Source of the DNA: Firmicutes bacterium UBA4882
Lineage (GTDB): Bacteria; Bacillota; UBA4882
NCBI GenBank assembly: GCA_002399265.1
Contig: DHDG01000041.1
Coordinates: forward strand, 1-40,105
Direction: 5' to 3'
Length of the DNA: 40,105 bases
Shown here piece by piece: positions 1 through 9,921 of the stretch. Under the pieces are notes generated by a model. The model was not told where the DNA came from, searched no databases, and saw nothing but the letters and a program-made list of their open reading frames with translations. A program made the translations under genes and the position numbers. The stretch's first letter is position 1. Every line of letters starts with the position of its first letter.

Positions 1-883
1 TTAGGTCGTCCAGTTTTTTGATTTCTACGCGTACAGTCGGACTTGTTACGGCGCGGGGAACTGCTCCGCTCCGTATCACCCCTGTCCCCCGAACAGTCTC
101 TTTAGTACCTTCCTCACTCTGACTCAGGGGCAAACCAGCCAGATCAATATGTTCCACGGCGACAATTTCAACGTCTGTAATGCTGGCTACAGGACTTTTG
201 ACTTTTTCGGTATTTTCAACGCTTAAGACGCCGATTATAAAATGGTCATCGAAATTTTCGTCTTCCAGATCCTTTGTTAAAGGCCATGTTCTGACTACCT
301 GGCCGAGCTTTTCCAGCTCACGCAAAACCATAAATGCCCGGGCGCCTTTCAGCAGGCAGTCCTCGCGCAGCTTTACGCTCACGTGATAAAGGATCCTGCC
401 GTTCGAGATGCTCTCTTCAATCAGCGCTTTTTCGTCCCGATTGTATTCGGGCTTTATTTCATGTTTAACGGAGCGAGCAGCAGTAATGGCGACTTCTTTT
501 TTCCCGGCGGAAGCGAGCATGCGCAGCTGTGTGAGCAACCCTGCGGCTTCAATGTCTTCTTCATGACCGGCAGCGATGCCCTGTGCCAAAGCATCCAACA
601 GGTCAAAACACTCGAACAGGACATTGATGATTTCTGAGGACACGGCAATTTCGCCGTTACGAAGCCTGGTGAGGAGATCCTCCATCGCATGCGTAATATT
701 GGACATCTTGTTAAAGCCCATGGTCGCTGAAGCACCTTTCAGCGTATGCGCCGCCCGAAAGATTGCCTCCAGCAAACTGGAGTCAGCTGGATTGTTCTCC
801 AGCGCCAGCAGGGAAGTATTCAAGGTCTGGAGGTGCTCCTGAACCTCGTCCATAAATACATTTAAATACTGAGTCATTTCCAT
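1..883 (-). CDS. cheA: Chemotaxis histidine kinase CheA, 5' part (runs off the window; absent from the ORF track)
   Basis: Manual translation from ATG 883 (RBS GGGGGTG) gives MEMTQYLNVFMDEVQEHLQTLN...AIFRAAHTLKGASATMGF (Hpt domain), then P2-like LREDCLLKGARAFMV, then TVRVEIKKLDDL (start of the dimerisation domain). Confidence 0.93.
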   Translation of the reverse strand, partial: MEMTQYLNVFMDEVQEHLQTLNTSLLALENNPADSSLLEAIFRAAHTLKGASATMGFNKMSNITHAMEDLLTRLRNGEIAVSSEIINVLFECFDLLDALAQGIAAGHEEDIEAAGLLTQLRMLASAGKKEVAITAARSVKHEIKPEYNRDEKALIEESISNGRILYHVSVKLREDCLLKGARAFMVLRELEKLGQVVRTWPLTKDLEDENFDDHFIIGVLSVENTEKVKSPVASITDVEIVAVEHIDLAGLPLSQSEEGTKETVRGTGVIRSGAVPRAVTSPTVRVEIKKLDDL

Positions 884-1043
884 GCTTCATCACCCCCGCG
901 AGCGAGTTTATGATGCTTAGCCAATTCTGTCCTTAATAATACGGCCCTCTCCAGTCACAGATATTAGACCGGAAGGGCCGGTATCGCGGGCCGGTATCCC
1001 GCGGCAGACTGGCAAAAGAGAGAGTGCCCTCGGGCTAGGCAGC

Positions 1044-1406
1044 TTAGCGCAATACTTTCCGGACAGCCTCCAGAACCCGATCCTGCTGAAACGGCTTGAC
1101 AACAAAGTCTTTGGCTCCAGCTTGAATGGCGTCAATTACCATTGCCTGCTGTCCCATGGCGCTGCACATAATTATGCAGGCATTTGCATCGATGTTCCTG
1201 ATTTCCTTGACAGCTGTAATACCGTCCATATCAGGCATCGTAATATCCATGGTAACCAGATCGGGCCTGAGCTCCCGATACTTCTCGATTGCGCGCGCGC
1301 CGTCCTCAGCTTCGCCCACAACCTCAAAGCCGCCCCGTTTTAGAATATCCTTGATCATCATCCGCATAAAGGCAGCATCATCTACGACTAGTACCCGGTT
1401 ACCCAA
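1044..1406 (-). CDS. cheY: Chemotaxis response regulator CheY
   Basis: Stand-alone receiver domain of Bacillus CheY type (VLVVDDAAFMRMMIK, MDITMP, CSAMGQQAMV, KPF); GGAGG RBS; directly upstream of cheA. Confidence 0.95.
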   Translation of the reverse strand: MGNRVLVVDDAAFMRMMIKDILKRGGFEVVGEAEDGARAIEKYRELRPDLVTMDITMPDMDGITAVKEIRNIDANACIIMCSAMGQQAMVIDAIQAGAKDFVVKPFQQDRVLEAVRKVLR

Positions 1407-1450
1407 AAGAAACCGCCTCCTCTATGGAAGAACTATTGCCATGCCTTCCG

Positions 1451-1486
1451 TAGAAATTTGTGCTTCATTAGAAATTTGTGCTTCAT
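1451..1486. repeat. Perfect 18-bp tandem duplication TAGAAATTTGTGCTTCAT x2
   Basis: Read directly at 1451-1468 and 1469-1486, upstream of cheY. Confidence 0.9.
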
Positions 1487-1573
1487 TTTCCCATATTTCG
1501 CTACGAAGATCGCCAATCCCTTCTCATTCCGGAATAATATGCCTGACGGTTTTGAAAAGCAGGCTTACCGGTT

Positions 1574-2974
1574 TTATAAAATGTACTTCTTCAGATCATC
1601 TTGTTTCAGGAGCGGATCCAGACGTTCATGGACAAATTGAGCGTCAACTCGGATTTTCGAGCCTCCTTTTTCAGGGGCTTCGAAAGAAAGTTGTTCAAGT
1701 AATTGTTCCATCACGGTATAAAGCCTGCGCGCGCCAATGTTCTCTGTACTCTCATTGACCTGATGCGCAATTTTTGCCACTTCCAAAATGGCGTCATTTG
1801 AAAATTCCAAAGCCACGTCCTCGGTCGCCATCAGGGCAATGTACTGTTTGACCAAGGCATTATCAGGCTCAGTAAGGATTCTCTCGAAATCGGCCGCTGT
1901 AAGGCTCTCCAGTTCCACACGGATTGGGAAGCGTCCCTGCAATTCAGGGATCAAATCGCTCGGTTTTGAAATGTGGAATGCTCCGGCTGCGATAAAGAGG
2001 ACATGATCCGTTTTGACAGGACCATACTTTGTCATGACAGTTGCGCCTTCAACAATCGGCAAAATGTCACGTTGCACTCCTTCGCGGGATACATCGGGGC
2101 CATGTCCGCCCTCCCGGCCAGCAATTTTATCAATTTCATCCAGGAACACTATGCCGCTGTCCTCTACCTTGGCGACTGCTTCCCGCGTGACTTCCTCCAT
2201 ATCGATCAAGCGGGCGGCCTCTTCCTGAACCAGTATCTTGCGGGCCTCAGCAACAGATACTTTCCGTTTCTTGCGGCGCTTTGGCATCAAGCCGCCAAAC
2301 AAATCCTGTACATTGATGCCCATCTCTTCCATGCCGGCTCCTGTAAAGACTTCGAGCATCTGAGGGTTACTTTCCTCTACTTCGATTTCCACAATGCGGT
2401 CTTCCAGTGCTCCAGCTGCCAGCAGGCCGCGCACGCGCTGACGCTCATTATCAAATTCCTGATTTGGCGGCTCGGACTGTTGTTTGGCGCTGCCACCTTC
2501 TGAACGGTTGAGTGCTCCAATCAAAAAGCCAAGTGGGTTGGCCGAATCTTTGTCGCTCGACTGGGACGGCACTAGCAGATCCAGCAACCGTTCCTCAGCA
2601 GTCCGGGCCGCTCTGCTTTCAACCTGAGCCACCTTTTCACTGCGCACCATGCGGATGCCAGTGTCAACCAGATCCCGGATAATGCTGTCCACATCCCTGC
2701 CAACATACCCAACCTCGGTAAATTTGGTCGCCTCAATTTTAATAAACGGCGCATCGATTAGTTTTGCCAAACGCCGGGCAATCTCGGTTTTGCCCACTCC
2801 GGTAGGCCCAATCATCAGTATGTTCTTGGGTGTGACCTCATCGCGCATTTCTTCCCCAAGCATTCTGCGCCGATAACGGTTGCGGATGGCAACCGCCACC
2901 GCTCTTTTGGCTTTCTTCTGTCCCACAATATAACGGTCCAGTTCCTCCACTATTTTTCTGGGAGTCAAATCCAC
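1574..2974 (-). CDS. hslU: ATP-dependent protease ATPase subunit HslU (ClpY)
   Basis: [17 protein letters not shown], Walker [40 protein letters not shown]. Start moved to GTG 2974. Confidence 0.97.
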   Translation of the reverse strand: MDLTPRKIVEELDRYIVGQKKAKRAVAVAIRNRYRRRMLGEEMRDEVTPKNILMIGPTGVGKTEIARRLAKLIDAPFIKIEATKFTEVGYVGRDVDSIIRDLVDTGIRMVRSEKVAQVESRAARTAEERLLDLLVPSQSSDKDSANPLGFLIGALNRSEGGSAKQQSEPPNQEFDNERQRVRGLLAAGALEDRIVEIEVEESNPQMLEVFTGAGMEEMGINVQDLFGGLMPKRRKKRKVSVAEARKILVQEEAARLIDMEEVTREAVAKVEDSGIVFLDEIDKIAGREGGHGPDVSREGVQRDILPIVEGATVMTKYGPVKTDHVLFIAAGAFHISKPSDLIPELQGRFPIRVELESLTAADFERILTEPDNALVKQYIALMATEDVALEFSNDAILEVAKIAHQVNESTENIGARRLYTVMEQLLEQLSFEAPEKGGSKIRVDAQFVHERLDPLLKQDDLKKYIL

Positions 2975-2981
2975 CGTACGA

Positions 2982-3521
2982 TCACTCCAGTTCTTCCACG
3001 ATGATATTTGAGTTGGTATAAATGCAGATCTCCGATGCCAGCAATAGGGATTCCCGGGCAATTTCGCCAGCGGTCAGATTGGAATGCCGTGCCAGCGCCC
3101 GCGCCGCGGCTAAAGCATATGAACCTCCGGATCCAACGGCGGCAATGCCGTCGTCCGGTTCCACAACTTCGCCGGTACCTGAGATAATGAAAAGATTCTC
3201 CCGATCCGCCACAATCAGCAGCGCCTCCAGACGCCGCAAAACCCGATCGGTGCGCCATTCTTTCGCTAGATCGACTGCAGCCCGCGAAAGGTTGCCGTGA
3301 TACTCTTCCAGCCTTTTCTCGAATTTCTCGAACAATGCAAATGCATCCGCTACCGAACCGGCGAAGCCAGCCAAAACCCGTCCATTCGAAAGTCGGCGTA
3401 CTTTCTTGGCGGTATGTTTCATTACCGTCTCACCCATCGTGACCTGTCCGTCACCAGCGATGGCCGTTTTACCGTCTTTTCTGATCGCCAGGATCGTTGT
3501 TCCCCTAATCGGTTCAATCAT
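2982..3521 (-). CDS. hslV: ATP-dependent protease peptidase subunit HslV (ClpQ)
   Basis: [34 protein letters not shown]; adjacent to hslU. Confidence 0.97.
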   Translation of the reverse strand: MIEPIRGTTILAIRKDGKTAIAGDGQVTMGETVMKHTAKKVRRLSNGRVLAGFAGSVADAFALFEKFEKRLEEYHGNLSRAAVDLAKEWRTDRVLRRLEALLIVADRENLFIISGTGEVVEPDDGIAAVGSGGSYALAAARALARHSNLTAGEIARESLLLASEICIYTNSNIIVEELE

Positions 3522-3615
3522 TAAGCGTCACCACCTGTATATTTTATGAAGCCAATGTCATTTCTTGCGTAGTTTATTACCGGGCAATACGGAGGCGAGG
3601 GCCAGTCCCCCGGCA

Positions 3616-3640
3616 AGACGGAAGGAACCGTCCCTATGTC
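3616..3640. repeat. Solo/degenerate copy of the GGGACGGTTC REP-like element
   Basis: AGACGGAAGGAACCGTCCCTATG resembles the reverse complement of 35051-35072 (AGACGGAAGAACCGTCCCCTTG); GACGG/CCGTC mini-hairpin. Confidence 0.6.
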
Positions 3641-3660
3641 GTCAGCCCCATGTTGTTAGT

Positions 3661-4638
3661 TTATTCGCGGGCACGCGGGTGGGCGGCATTATAGATGTTC
3701 TTCATCCGTTCGCGGGTAACGTGCGTATAGATCTGGGTTGTGGAAATATTGGCATGGCCCAGCAATTCCTGTACAGTGCGCAAATCGGCCCCATTATCAA
3801 GCATATGCGTGGCATATGAATGACGCAACGTATGGGGGGATACTTTTTTGGCCAATGCCAATTTTTGAATATACCCGTCCAGCGACCGGCGTACACTGCG
3901 CGCCGATAAGCGACCGCCGTCCCTGTTCAGGAAAAGCGGGGCTTGTGCCTGAGCCTGTGCCTGCCTATGTACCCGGCCGGCAACCGGCGGCGCCGGAAGG
4001 ATCGGCTGCGAGCTGCGGTTTTTTTGCTGCAGCTGGCCACGACCATAGGAAATATAATGACGTAATGCCGCGACCGCCTTACGACCGATTGGGACGATTC
4101 TTTCCTTGTTCCCTTTGCCCAGCACTCTCAGTGTGGCTGCCGCTAAGTCTACGCCGTCCATATTTAATCCCACCGCTTCGCTGACGCGCAGTCCGCCAGC
4201 GTAGATGGTTTCAAACAGGGCTCGATCCCTCAAACCCAGCGGTGTGCCAGTACCAATCGATTCCATTAAGCGTGCTGTTTCATCGGCCATTAAAAATGAC
4301 GGTAGTTTTTTATCAAGCTTTGGGGTGGTTACAGAAAGTAGCGGGTTACTGGATAAGTACTCATTTTTACAGAGAAATCGATAAAGCGATCGTACCGATG
4401 ACAGTCGCCTGGAAATGGTGCGGCGCGCGTATTTCTTGCCCGCCAGCTCTGCCAGATAGCGCCGGATCGCCAGATGATCGACTCCACCGAGATCAGCGAT
4501 CTGTATTTCCTGCATGGCCTTCCAAAACGATTCAAGATCGATGCGGTAATTTACCAGTGTATGAGGAGACATTCCCCGTGCTTCCAGGTATTTTAGAAAT
4601 TCTTCCGCCAGAGCTGGTAACGCTATTGCGGACACCAT
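3661..4638 (-). CDS. xerC: Tyrosine recombinase XerC (CodV)
   Basis: GLRVSE, GKGNKER, HTLRH, LGH and TTQIYTH catalytic residues; canonical topA-trmFO-xerC-hslVU position. Confidence 0.93.
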   Translation of the reverse strand: MVSAIALPALAEEFLKYLEARGMSPHTLVNYRIDLESFWKAMQEIQIADLGGVDHLAIRRYLAELAGKKYARRTISRRLSSVRSLYRFLCKNEYLSSNPLLSVTTPKLDKKLPSFLMADETARLMESIGTGTPLGLRDRALFETIYAGGLRVSEAVGLNMDGVDLAAATLRVLGKGNKERIVPIGRKAVAALRHYISYGRGQLQQKNRSSQPILPAPPVAGRVHRQAQAQAQAPLFLNRDGGRLSARSVRRSLDGYIQKLALAKKVSPHTLRHSYATHMLDNGADLRTVQELLGHANISTTQIYTHVTRERMKNIYNAAHPRARE

Positions 4639-4645
4639 CCTCACC

Positions 4646-6034
4646 TCATCTCACTTCACTGCCATCGACGCCGCCGCGATCGTTGCCGATCGCTGCCTCA
4701 AAATCACTGAGCGCATGTAAGGATCGCTCAGCATAGATTTGGCTGCGAAGCTTTTTATCAACCCTTTGCTCGAATGGCGGCAATAATCCATAGTTGACAT
4801 TCATCGGCTGAAAATTGCCAGTCCCACTCCCGCTGGAGGTAACATATTTAAAAAGTGCGCCAAAGGCGGTTTCCCCAGGAAGTACCACCGCCGGAATGTT
4901 CTGGGCTATTCTGGCCGCATTTAGCCCGGCCAGCCAGCCGCCAGCAATCGCTTCCACATATCCTTCGGAACCAGTGATTTGTCCGGCGAAAAATAGAGCG
5001 GGATCCTGACGACTTTGCAGCGTAGGCCGCAATAGTTTGGGGGAATTGATAAAAGTATTACGATGCATGACACCATAGCGCATAAATTCGGCATTTTCCA
5101 GTCCGGGAATTAGCGAAAAAACCCGTTTCTGCTCGCCAATTCTAAGGCGCGTTTGGAAACCGACCAAATTGAACAACGTCCCGGCCGCGTTATCGCGACG
5201 TAACTGGACAACAGCGTAGGGACGCTTCCCTGTACGCGGATCTCTCAGACCAACCGGCTTAAGCGGTCCGTAACGCGGGGTATCTATACCGCGGCGAGCC
5301 AGTTCTTCAATTGGCAGACATCCTTCAAACAGTATTTTCTTGTCGGCGGCGTGCCCGTCATGAAGCTCTGCGGCGACAATCTCTGTAATGAAGCGGTGGT
5401 ATTCCTCTTCATTCATGGGAGCATTCAGATAATCATTCGGACTGCCTTTATCATAGCGTGAAGCCCAGTAAAGCTTATCCATATCAAGAGATTCCAGCGT
5501 AACAATCGGAGCGGCGGCATCGAAAAAGTGCAAATATTTTTGTCCGGTTAACGCAGCGATCTCCTGTGACAATGCCTCTGCCGTCAGTGGCCCAGAGGCG
5601 ATCACCAGCGGCCTGGCTGGCGGCAGGGCATCAATGCGCTCCCGGATGAGATTGATCATCGGATGCGCAGCGATTTTAGCGGTCACCAGTTCCGAAAACC
5701 CCCACCGGTCTACTGCCAATGCTCCTCCAGCCGGAATCTGCGTTTCGTCGGCACAGCCTATGATGAGCGACTTTAACCGCCGTAGTTCTTCTTTCAATAA
5801 ACCATTGGCATTGCGTAATGCAGCAGCTCCGAGAGAGTTACTGCACACCAACTCCGCCAAAAAACCGCTCTGATGCGCACCGGTCATTTCCAGCGGGCGC
5901 ATCTCGTACAAGTTAACGCGTACGCCTGCTTCTGCAGCCTGCCAGGCACATTCACTGCCTGCCAGTCCCGCACCAATTACGGTGATACAAGGGACGGATT
6001 GACTCGCCAAGGAGGTATCAGGGACGGATGTCAT
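4646..6034 (-). CDS. trmFO: tRNA (uracil-54) methyltransferase TrmFO
   Basis: GAGLAGSE FAD motif, AELVCSNS, FFDAAAPI, GVMHRNTF, AGQITGSEGY. Confidence 0.96.
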   Translation of the reverse strand: MTSVPDTSLASQSVPCITVIGAGLAGSECAWQAAEAGVRVNLYEMRPLEMTGAHQSGFLAELVCSNSLGAAALRNANGLLKEELRRLKSLIIGCADETQIPAGGALAVDRWGFSELVTAKIAAHPMINLIRERIDALPPARPLVIASGPLTAEALSQEIAALTGQKYLHFFDAAAPIVTLESLDMDKLYWASRYDKGSPNDYLNAPMNEEEYHRFITEIVAAELHDGHAADKKILFEGCLPIEELARRGIDTPRYGPLKPVGLRDPRTGKRPYAVVQLRRDNAAGTLFNLVGFQTRLRIGEQKRVFSLIPGLENAEFMRYGVMHRNTFINSPKLLRPTLQSRQDPALFFAGQITGSEGYVEAIAGGWLAGLNAARIAQNIPAVVLPGETAFGALFKYVTSSGSGTGNFQPMNVNYGLLPPFEQRVDKKLRSQIYAERSLHALSDFEAAIGNDRGGVDGSEVR

Positions 6035-8151
6035 TAATGCTGATTCTCCTTCGCTTCGTTTTCAGCCATTGGTAATTTGGCGCGGTAGGAACAGCCTTTC
6101 TCAGAACAGGCAATAAAGGATTTCTCACCGCGTACCTTTTTGTAAACCAGGATGTGATTGCAGATTGGACATCTGCCCCCAGTTGGCTCATCCCAAGAGA
6201 CAAAGGAACACTCGGGGTATTTGTTGCATCCGTAGAACAGGCGTCCCTTCCGGCTTCTTCTTTCAACCACATCGCCGCCGCAATCCGGGCACTGGACGCC
6301 GATCTGCCGCTGAATGGGTTTGGTATTCTTGCATTCCGGGTAACCGGGACAGGCCAGAAATCTCCCGAAACGTCCGTGCTTGAAAACCATACGGCGACCG
6401 CAGTGCTCACAGACTTCTTCAGACTCTTCATCTTTAACTTCCACTTTTTCGAGCACTTGCTCCGCTTTTTCCAGGTCCTTTTCGAATGGGCCATAAAACT
6501 CTGCGAGGACTTGTACCCAATCGGCATTGCCGTCTTCGATTTTGTCCAGCTTTTCTTCCATTGAGGCCGTAAATTCAACCCCGACGATTTGCGGAAAATG
6601 TTCCTCCAGGACCCTGACCACTACTTCACCAAGTTCTGTAGGACGAAAGCGTTTACTTTCAAGGAATACGTAGTTGCGCTTGATGATGGTCTCAATAATC
6701 GGTGCATAAGTACTGGGCCGACCGATCCCTTTTTCCTCAAGGGTGCGCACGAGCATGGCCTCGGTGAACCGCGGTGGCGGCTGGGTAAAATGTTGCTGCG
6801 GCTCTACTTTTTGCAGCTGCAACTTTTCGCCGTCATGCATCTCGGGTAGAATGCCTTCGTCTTCACCTTTTTCTTCATCCGTGCTCTCGGCATAGAGTGA
6901 CAGGAATCCCTGGAATTTGATAATCTGACCAGTGGCACGAAAAAGTAAACCGCCAGCATCAATATCCGCCGTAATGGCTTGAATTTGAGCTGGAGCCATC
7001 TGACTGGCCACAAATCTCTCCCAAATTAGTTTATATAGGCGATGCTGATCCCTGGTCAGATAGCCCTTGATTTTGTCCGGGATCCTTCCCACAGCAGTTG
7101 GCCTGATTGCCTCATGGGCATCCTGCGCCCGTGCTTGTTTGTTTTTATATTGTGGCGCTTGCGCAGGCAGATATTTGGGACCATATTTACTGTCGACGTA
7201 TTCTCTGGCTTCAGCTTGCGCTTCAGTAGAAACGCGGGCCGAATCGGTTCTCATATAACTAATCAGACCTACCGTACCTTCTGCCCCCAGGTCCAGGCCT
7301 TCATATAATTGCTGGGCAATCATCATCGTTTTGCGGGTGGTAAAACCTAACCGCCGGGAGGCATCCTGCTGTAAACTGCTAGTTGTGAACGGAGGCGCGG
7401 GATACCTTTTTTTATCCTTCGCCCGGACTTCCTGGACTCGATAAGATGCTGCCCGAGCTCTTTCAGCAAGCTGGTTGGCCTTAACACTGTCACTCAGATC
7501 CGGTTTTTTATCGTCAACCGTATGCAGTTTGGCCCGGAAAGATTCCCCGCGGTCGGTTGCCAAATCGGCATGAATTGTCCAGTATTCTTCGGCAACAAAG
7601 GCGTTAATCTCGTCCTCCCGGTCGACGATCAATTTGACGGCTACCGACTGCACCCGGCCCGCGCTTAGTCCACTACGGACCTTACTCCATAATAGCGGGC
7701 TCAGTTTATAGCCTACAATGCGGTCCAGTATTCTTCTGGTCTGCTGGGCATTTACCAAACTCATATTTATCCGGCGCGGTTTTTTGATGGCTTCTGTCAC
7801 TGCCGGTTTAGTAATCTCATGAAATTCGACACGCTTGGCATTCTGCAGATCCATCCCGAGCGCTTCTGCAAGGTGCCAAGAAATCGCTTCCCCTTCCCGA
7901 TCCGGGTCGGTTGCCAGGTAAACACGATCCGCCTTTTTAACTGCGTCTTTTAGTTCCTTAAGAGCAGCTCCACGGCCCCTGATCGTAATGTACTTAGGCT
8001 GAAAACCCTTTTCAATATCGACTCCAAACTGGCTGCGCGGCAAGTCTCTAAAATGCCCCATTGTCGCCTTAACCACATAATTGCGCCCCAGATATTTGCC
8101 GATAGTTTTGGCTTTGGCCGGGGATTCGACAATCACCAGCGAACTTGTCAC
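6034..8151 (-). CDS. topA: DNA topoisomerase I
   Basis: LVIVESPAKAKTI, ATDPDREGE, SAGRVQS, SYMRTDS, C-terminal Zn ribbons. Confidence 0.98.
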   Translation of the reverse strand: MTSSLVIVESPAKAKTIGKYLGRNYVVKATMGHFRDLPRSQFGVDIEKGFQPKYITIRGRGAALKELKDAVKKADRVYLATDPDREGEAISWHLAEALGMDLQNAKRVEFHEITKPAVTEAIKKPRRINMSLVNAQQTRRILDRIVGYKLSPLLWSKVRSGLSAGRVQSVAVKLIVDREDEINAFVAEEYWTIHADLATDRGESFRAKLHTVDDKKPDLSDSVKANQLAERARAASYRVQEVRAKDKKRYPAPPFTTSSLQQDASRRLGFTTRKTMMIAQQLYEGLDLGAEGTVGLISYMRTDSARVSTEAQAEAREYVDSKYGPKYLPAQAPQYKNKQARAQDAHEAIRPTAVGRIPDKIKGYLTRDQHRLYKLIWERFVASQMAPAQIQAITADIDAGGLLFRATGQIIKFQGFLSLYAESTDEEKGEDEGILPEMHDGEKLQLQKVEPQQHFTQPPPRFTEAMLVRTLEEKGIGRPSTYAPIIETIIKRNYVFLESKRFRPTELGEVVVRVLEEHFPQIVGVEFTASMEEKLDKIEDGNADWVQVLAEFYGPFEKDLEKAEQVLEKVEVKDEESEEVCEHCGRRMVFKHGRFGRFLACPGYPECKNTKPIQRQIGVQCPDCGGDVVERRSRKGRLFYGCNKYPECSFVSWDEPTGGRCPICNHILVYKKVRGEKSFIACSEKGCSYRAKLPMAENEAKENQH

Positions 8152-8257
8152 TCACTGCCACCTCCTGTAGTGTCGCAAATCTAATCGCACTCCCTGAACT
8201 CCCTTATATGCCGTCTGGCACGCTCGTCATGCTCGCCCAAACTTCGGTTAGAATCGC

Positions 8258-8282
8258 TTTCGACATAATATGCGCTATTCCT
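8258..8282 (-). promoter_or_regulatory. SigH-like promoter upstream of topA
   Basis: AGGAATA-N11-GTCGAAA compared with consensus AGGA...GAAT. Confidence 0.45.
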
Positions 8283-8312
8283 TTCCATTTCCTGCTGCGT
8301 CAGGTGGCTTTA

Positions 8313-9398
8313 TTACGCTTTTGCGATCAAGTCTCCCGGCATTCTTAATATCACACCATCCATTTCCATGTCAAGTAGCACTGCGGAAATCCTGGCAACG
8401 TCCAGACCAGTCAGACGCGCAATTTCATCAATATGCACCGGTCTGATTGTCAATAATTCTTTGATCCTCGCTTCCAGAGTCCGGCCGCTGGTCGGGGGAG
8501 ACGCTGTGTTTGACGCCTTGTTTCGATAACGGTCCGGCAGTTGGAGTTCCTCTAGAATGTCATCGACATCTTCTACTAGTTTTGCCCCTTGCTTAATCAA
8601 CATATTTGGCCCTTTGCTTAAGCTGTTGCCCAAAGCCCCTGGAATGGCGAAAACCTCACGCCCTTGATCGGCAGCATATTCTGCGGTAATCAACGACCCG
8701 CTGTCAAAACCGGCTTCAACCACTAAAACACCCAGCGACAGGCCGCTAATGATCCTGTTGCGGGCCGGGAAATTTCCGCCGCAAGGAGCCGTACCAGGTG
8801 GAAACTCCGTTACATTCGCGCCATGTTCCGTAATCTTTGCGGACAGTTGCCAATTTTCGGCTGGATAGACAACGTCAATACCTGCACCTAACACTGCGAT
8901 CGTCTGCCCTTTGCCACTCAGGGCGCCTTGGTGAGCCGCCGTATCAATGCCACGCGCCAGACCACTGACGACTGTAATGCCATGCTCGGACAGTTCAGCA
9001 GCGAGCCGTCGGGCAATATTTCTGCCCAGCGGTGAAGGTGTCCTTGTGCCGACAACAGCTATGGATGGCTCCATAAAATTGGGTTGGCCGCTGACATACA
9101 ATACGGGTGGAGCATCGTAGATATATCTAAGCAGCGAAGGATAGTCCGGATCCGCAAGGGTGACGACTACAGCTCCCGCAGCCTCTGCATGCAAAATGGC
9201 CAGGTCAATATCTGCTTCGGTAATTTCCAGACGGCTCTTGCTGACCGCTTCGGAAAAGCCCGCAACATTACGCCAATGCTTCGGAGAGGCATGCCAGGCT
9301 GCCTCAGCCCCGCCAAAATGGGCCAGCAGCGCCGCAAATCGCTTGGGGCCAACCCCTCGGACCAGATTCCAGGCTATCCAATACCTTTTTTCATGCAT
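8313..9398 (-). CDS. dprA: DNA processing protein DprA
   Basis: YPSLL..IYDAPPVLY, AVVGTR, VSGLARGID, FPARNRIISGLS, SGSLITA, C-terminal winged helix. Confidence 0.96.
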   Translation of the reverse strand: MHEKRYWIAWNLVRGVGPKRFAALLAHFGGAEAAWHASPKHWRNVAGFSEAVSKSRLEITEADIDLAILHAEAAGAVVVTLADPDYPSLLRYIYDAPPVLYVSGQPNFMEPSIAVVGTRTPSPLGRNIARRLAAELSEHGITVVSGLARGIDTAAHQGALSGKGQTIAVLGAGIDVVYPAENWQLSAKITEHGANVTEFPPGTAPCGGNFPARNRIISGLSLGVLVVEAGFDSGSLITAEYAADQGREVFAIPGALGNSLSKGPNMLIKQGAKLVEDVDDILEELQLPDRYRNKASNTASPPTSGRTLEARIKELLTIRPVHIDEIARLTGLDVARISAVLLDMEMDGVILRMPGDLIAKA

Positions 9399-9424
9399 CA
9401 GATCGCTCCTTTCTTATGGCACAA

Positions 9425-9522
9425 GACACAAGGGGACGGTTCTTTTGTGTCATTCTCTCGATTTTTCCGTAAGATGACACAAAAGAACCGTCCCCTTGTG
9501 TCAAAAGAACCGTCCCCTCGTG
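9425..9522. repeat. REPIN-like element 1: perfect 29-bp inverted repeat plus an extra partial arm
   Basis: 9425-9453 GACACAAGGGGACGGTTCTTTTGTGTCAT and its exact reverse complement at 9474-9502; 20-nt spacer; third core at 9503-9522. Confidence 0.92.
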
Positions 9523-9582
9523 CCCCCGTTAATCGCTTTCTTATTAATTCAATAATTGTTATAATTTTCCTGTTCGTGTCAT

Positions 9583-9606
9583 AAAAAAACACGGCTTGCG
9601 CCGTGT
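9583..9606 (-). terminator. Rho-independent terminator after rnj and the Zn-ribbon ORF
   Basis: ACACGGC-GCAA-GCCGTGT followed by a T run on the minus strand. Confidence 0.85.
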
Positions 9607-9624
9607 GGCTTTGAGAGATTGTTA

Positions 9625-9846
9625 CTAATCGTCGTCTCCGCTATTGTCCAGACTATTCAAAATATCCCGCAGTTCATCCTCCCAGCGGTTCTGATGACAC
9701 TTAAACACGTCATACCTTACAATGGAAGGCATGCGGCAATGTCCACAGACAATGCCAACAACATCGTGCTTCCGGTCAATCAACGCATGCGGCGTGTCTA
9801 GTCCGCACTGGGGGCATGTAAACATATACGCGGCACAGGCTTCCAC
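9625..9846 (-). CDS. Small hypothetical protein with CxxC...CxxC (probable Zn ribbon) and acidic tail
   Basis: CPQC and CGHC; GTG 9846 with RBS AAGGGGTG; followed by a terminator. Confidence 0.7.
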   Translation of the reverse strand: MEACAAYMFTCPQCGLDTPHALIDRKHDVVGIVCGHCRMPSIVRYDVFKCHQNRWEDELRDILNSLDNSGDDD

Positions 9847-9921
9847 AGGCCCACCCCTTTTCACAAGCCTGTAGATATTGTCACCTATTTTGCGCCGCAT
9901 AATACTGTTTACGGAACTGGA

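Noticed and set aside
1126-1758. This and the many other plus-strand or alternative-frame ORFs of 60-210 aa
   Set aside because: They are antisense or overlapping shadows of well-supported genes, with no recognisable motifs.
3661-4638. Tyrosine recombinase as a phage or ICE integrase
   Set aside because: It has the canonical xerC/codV position and size, with no att sites or cargo genes.
9425-9522. Repeat-spacer-repeat units as a CRISPR array
   Set aside because: The arms are inverted rather than direct, there are only 2-3 per locus, the loci are dispersed, and there are no cas genes.
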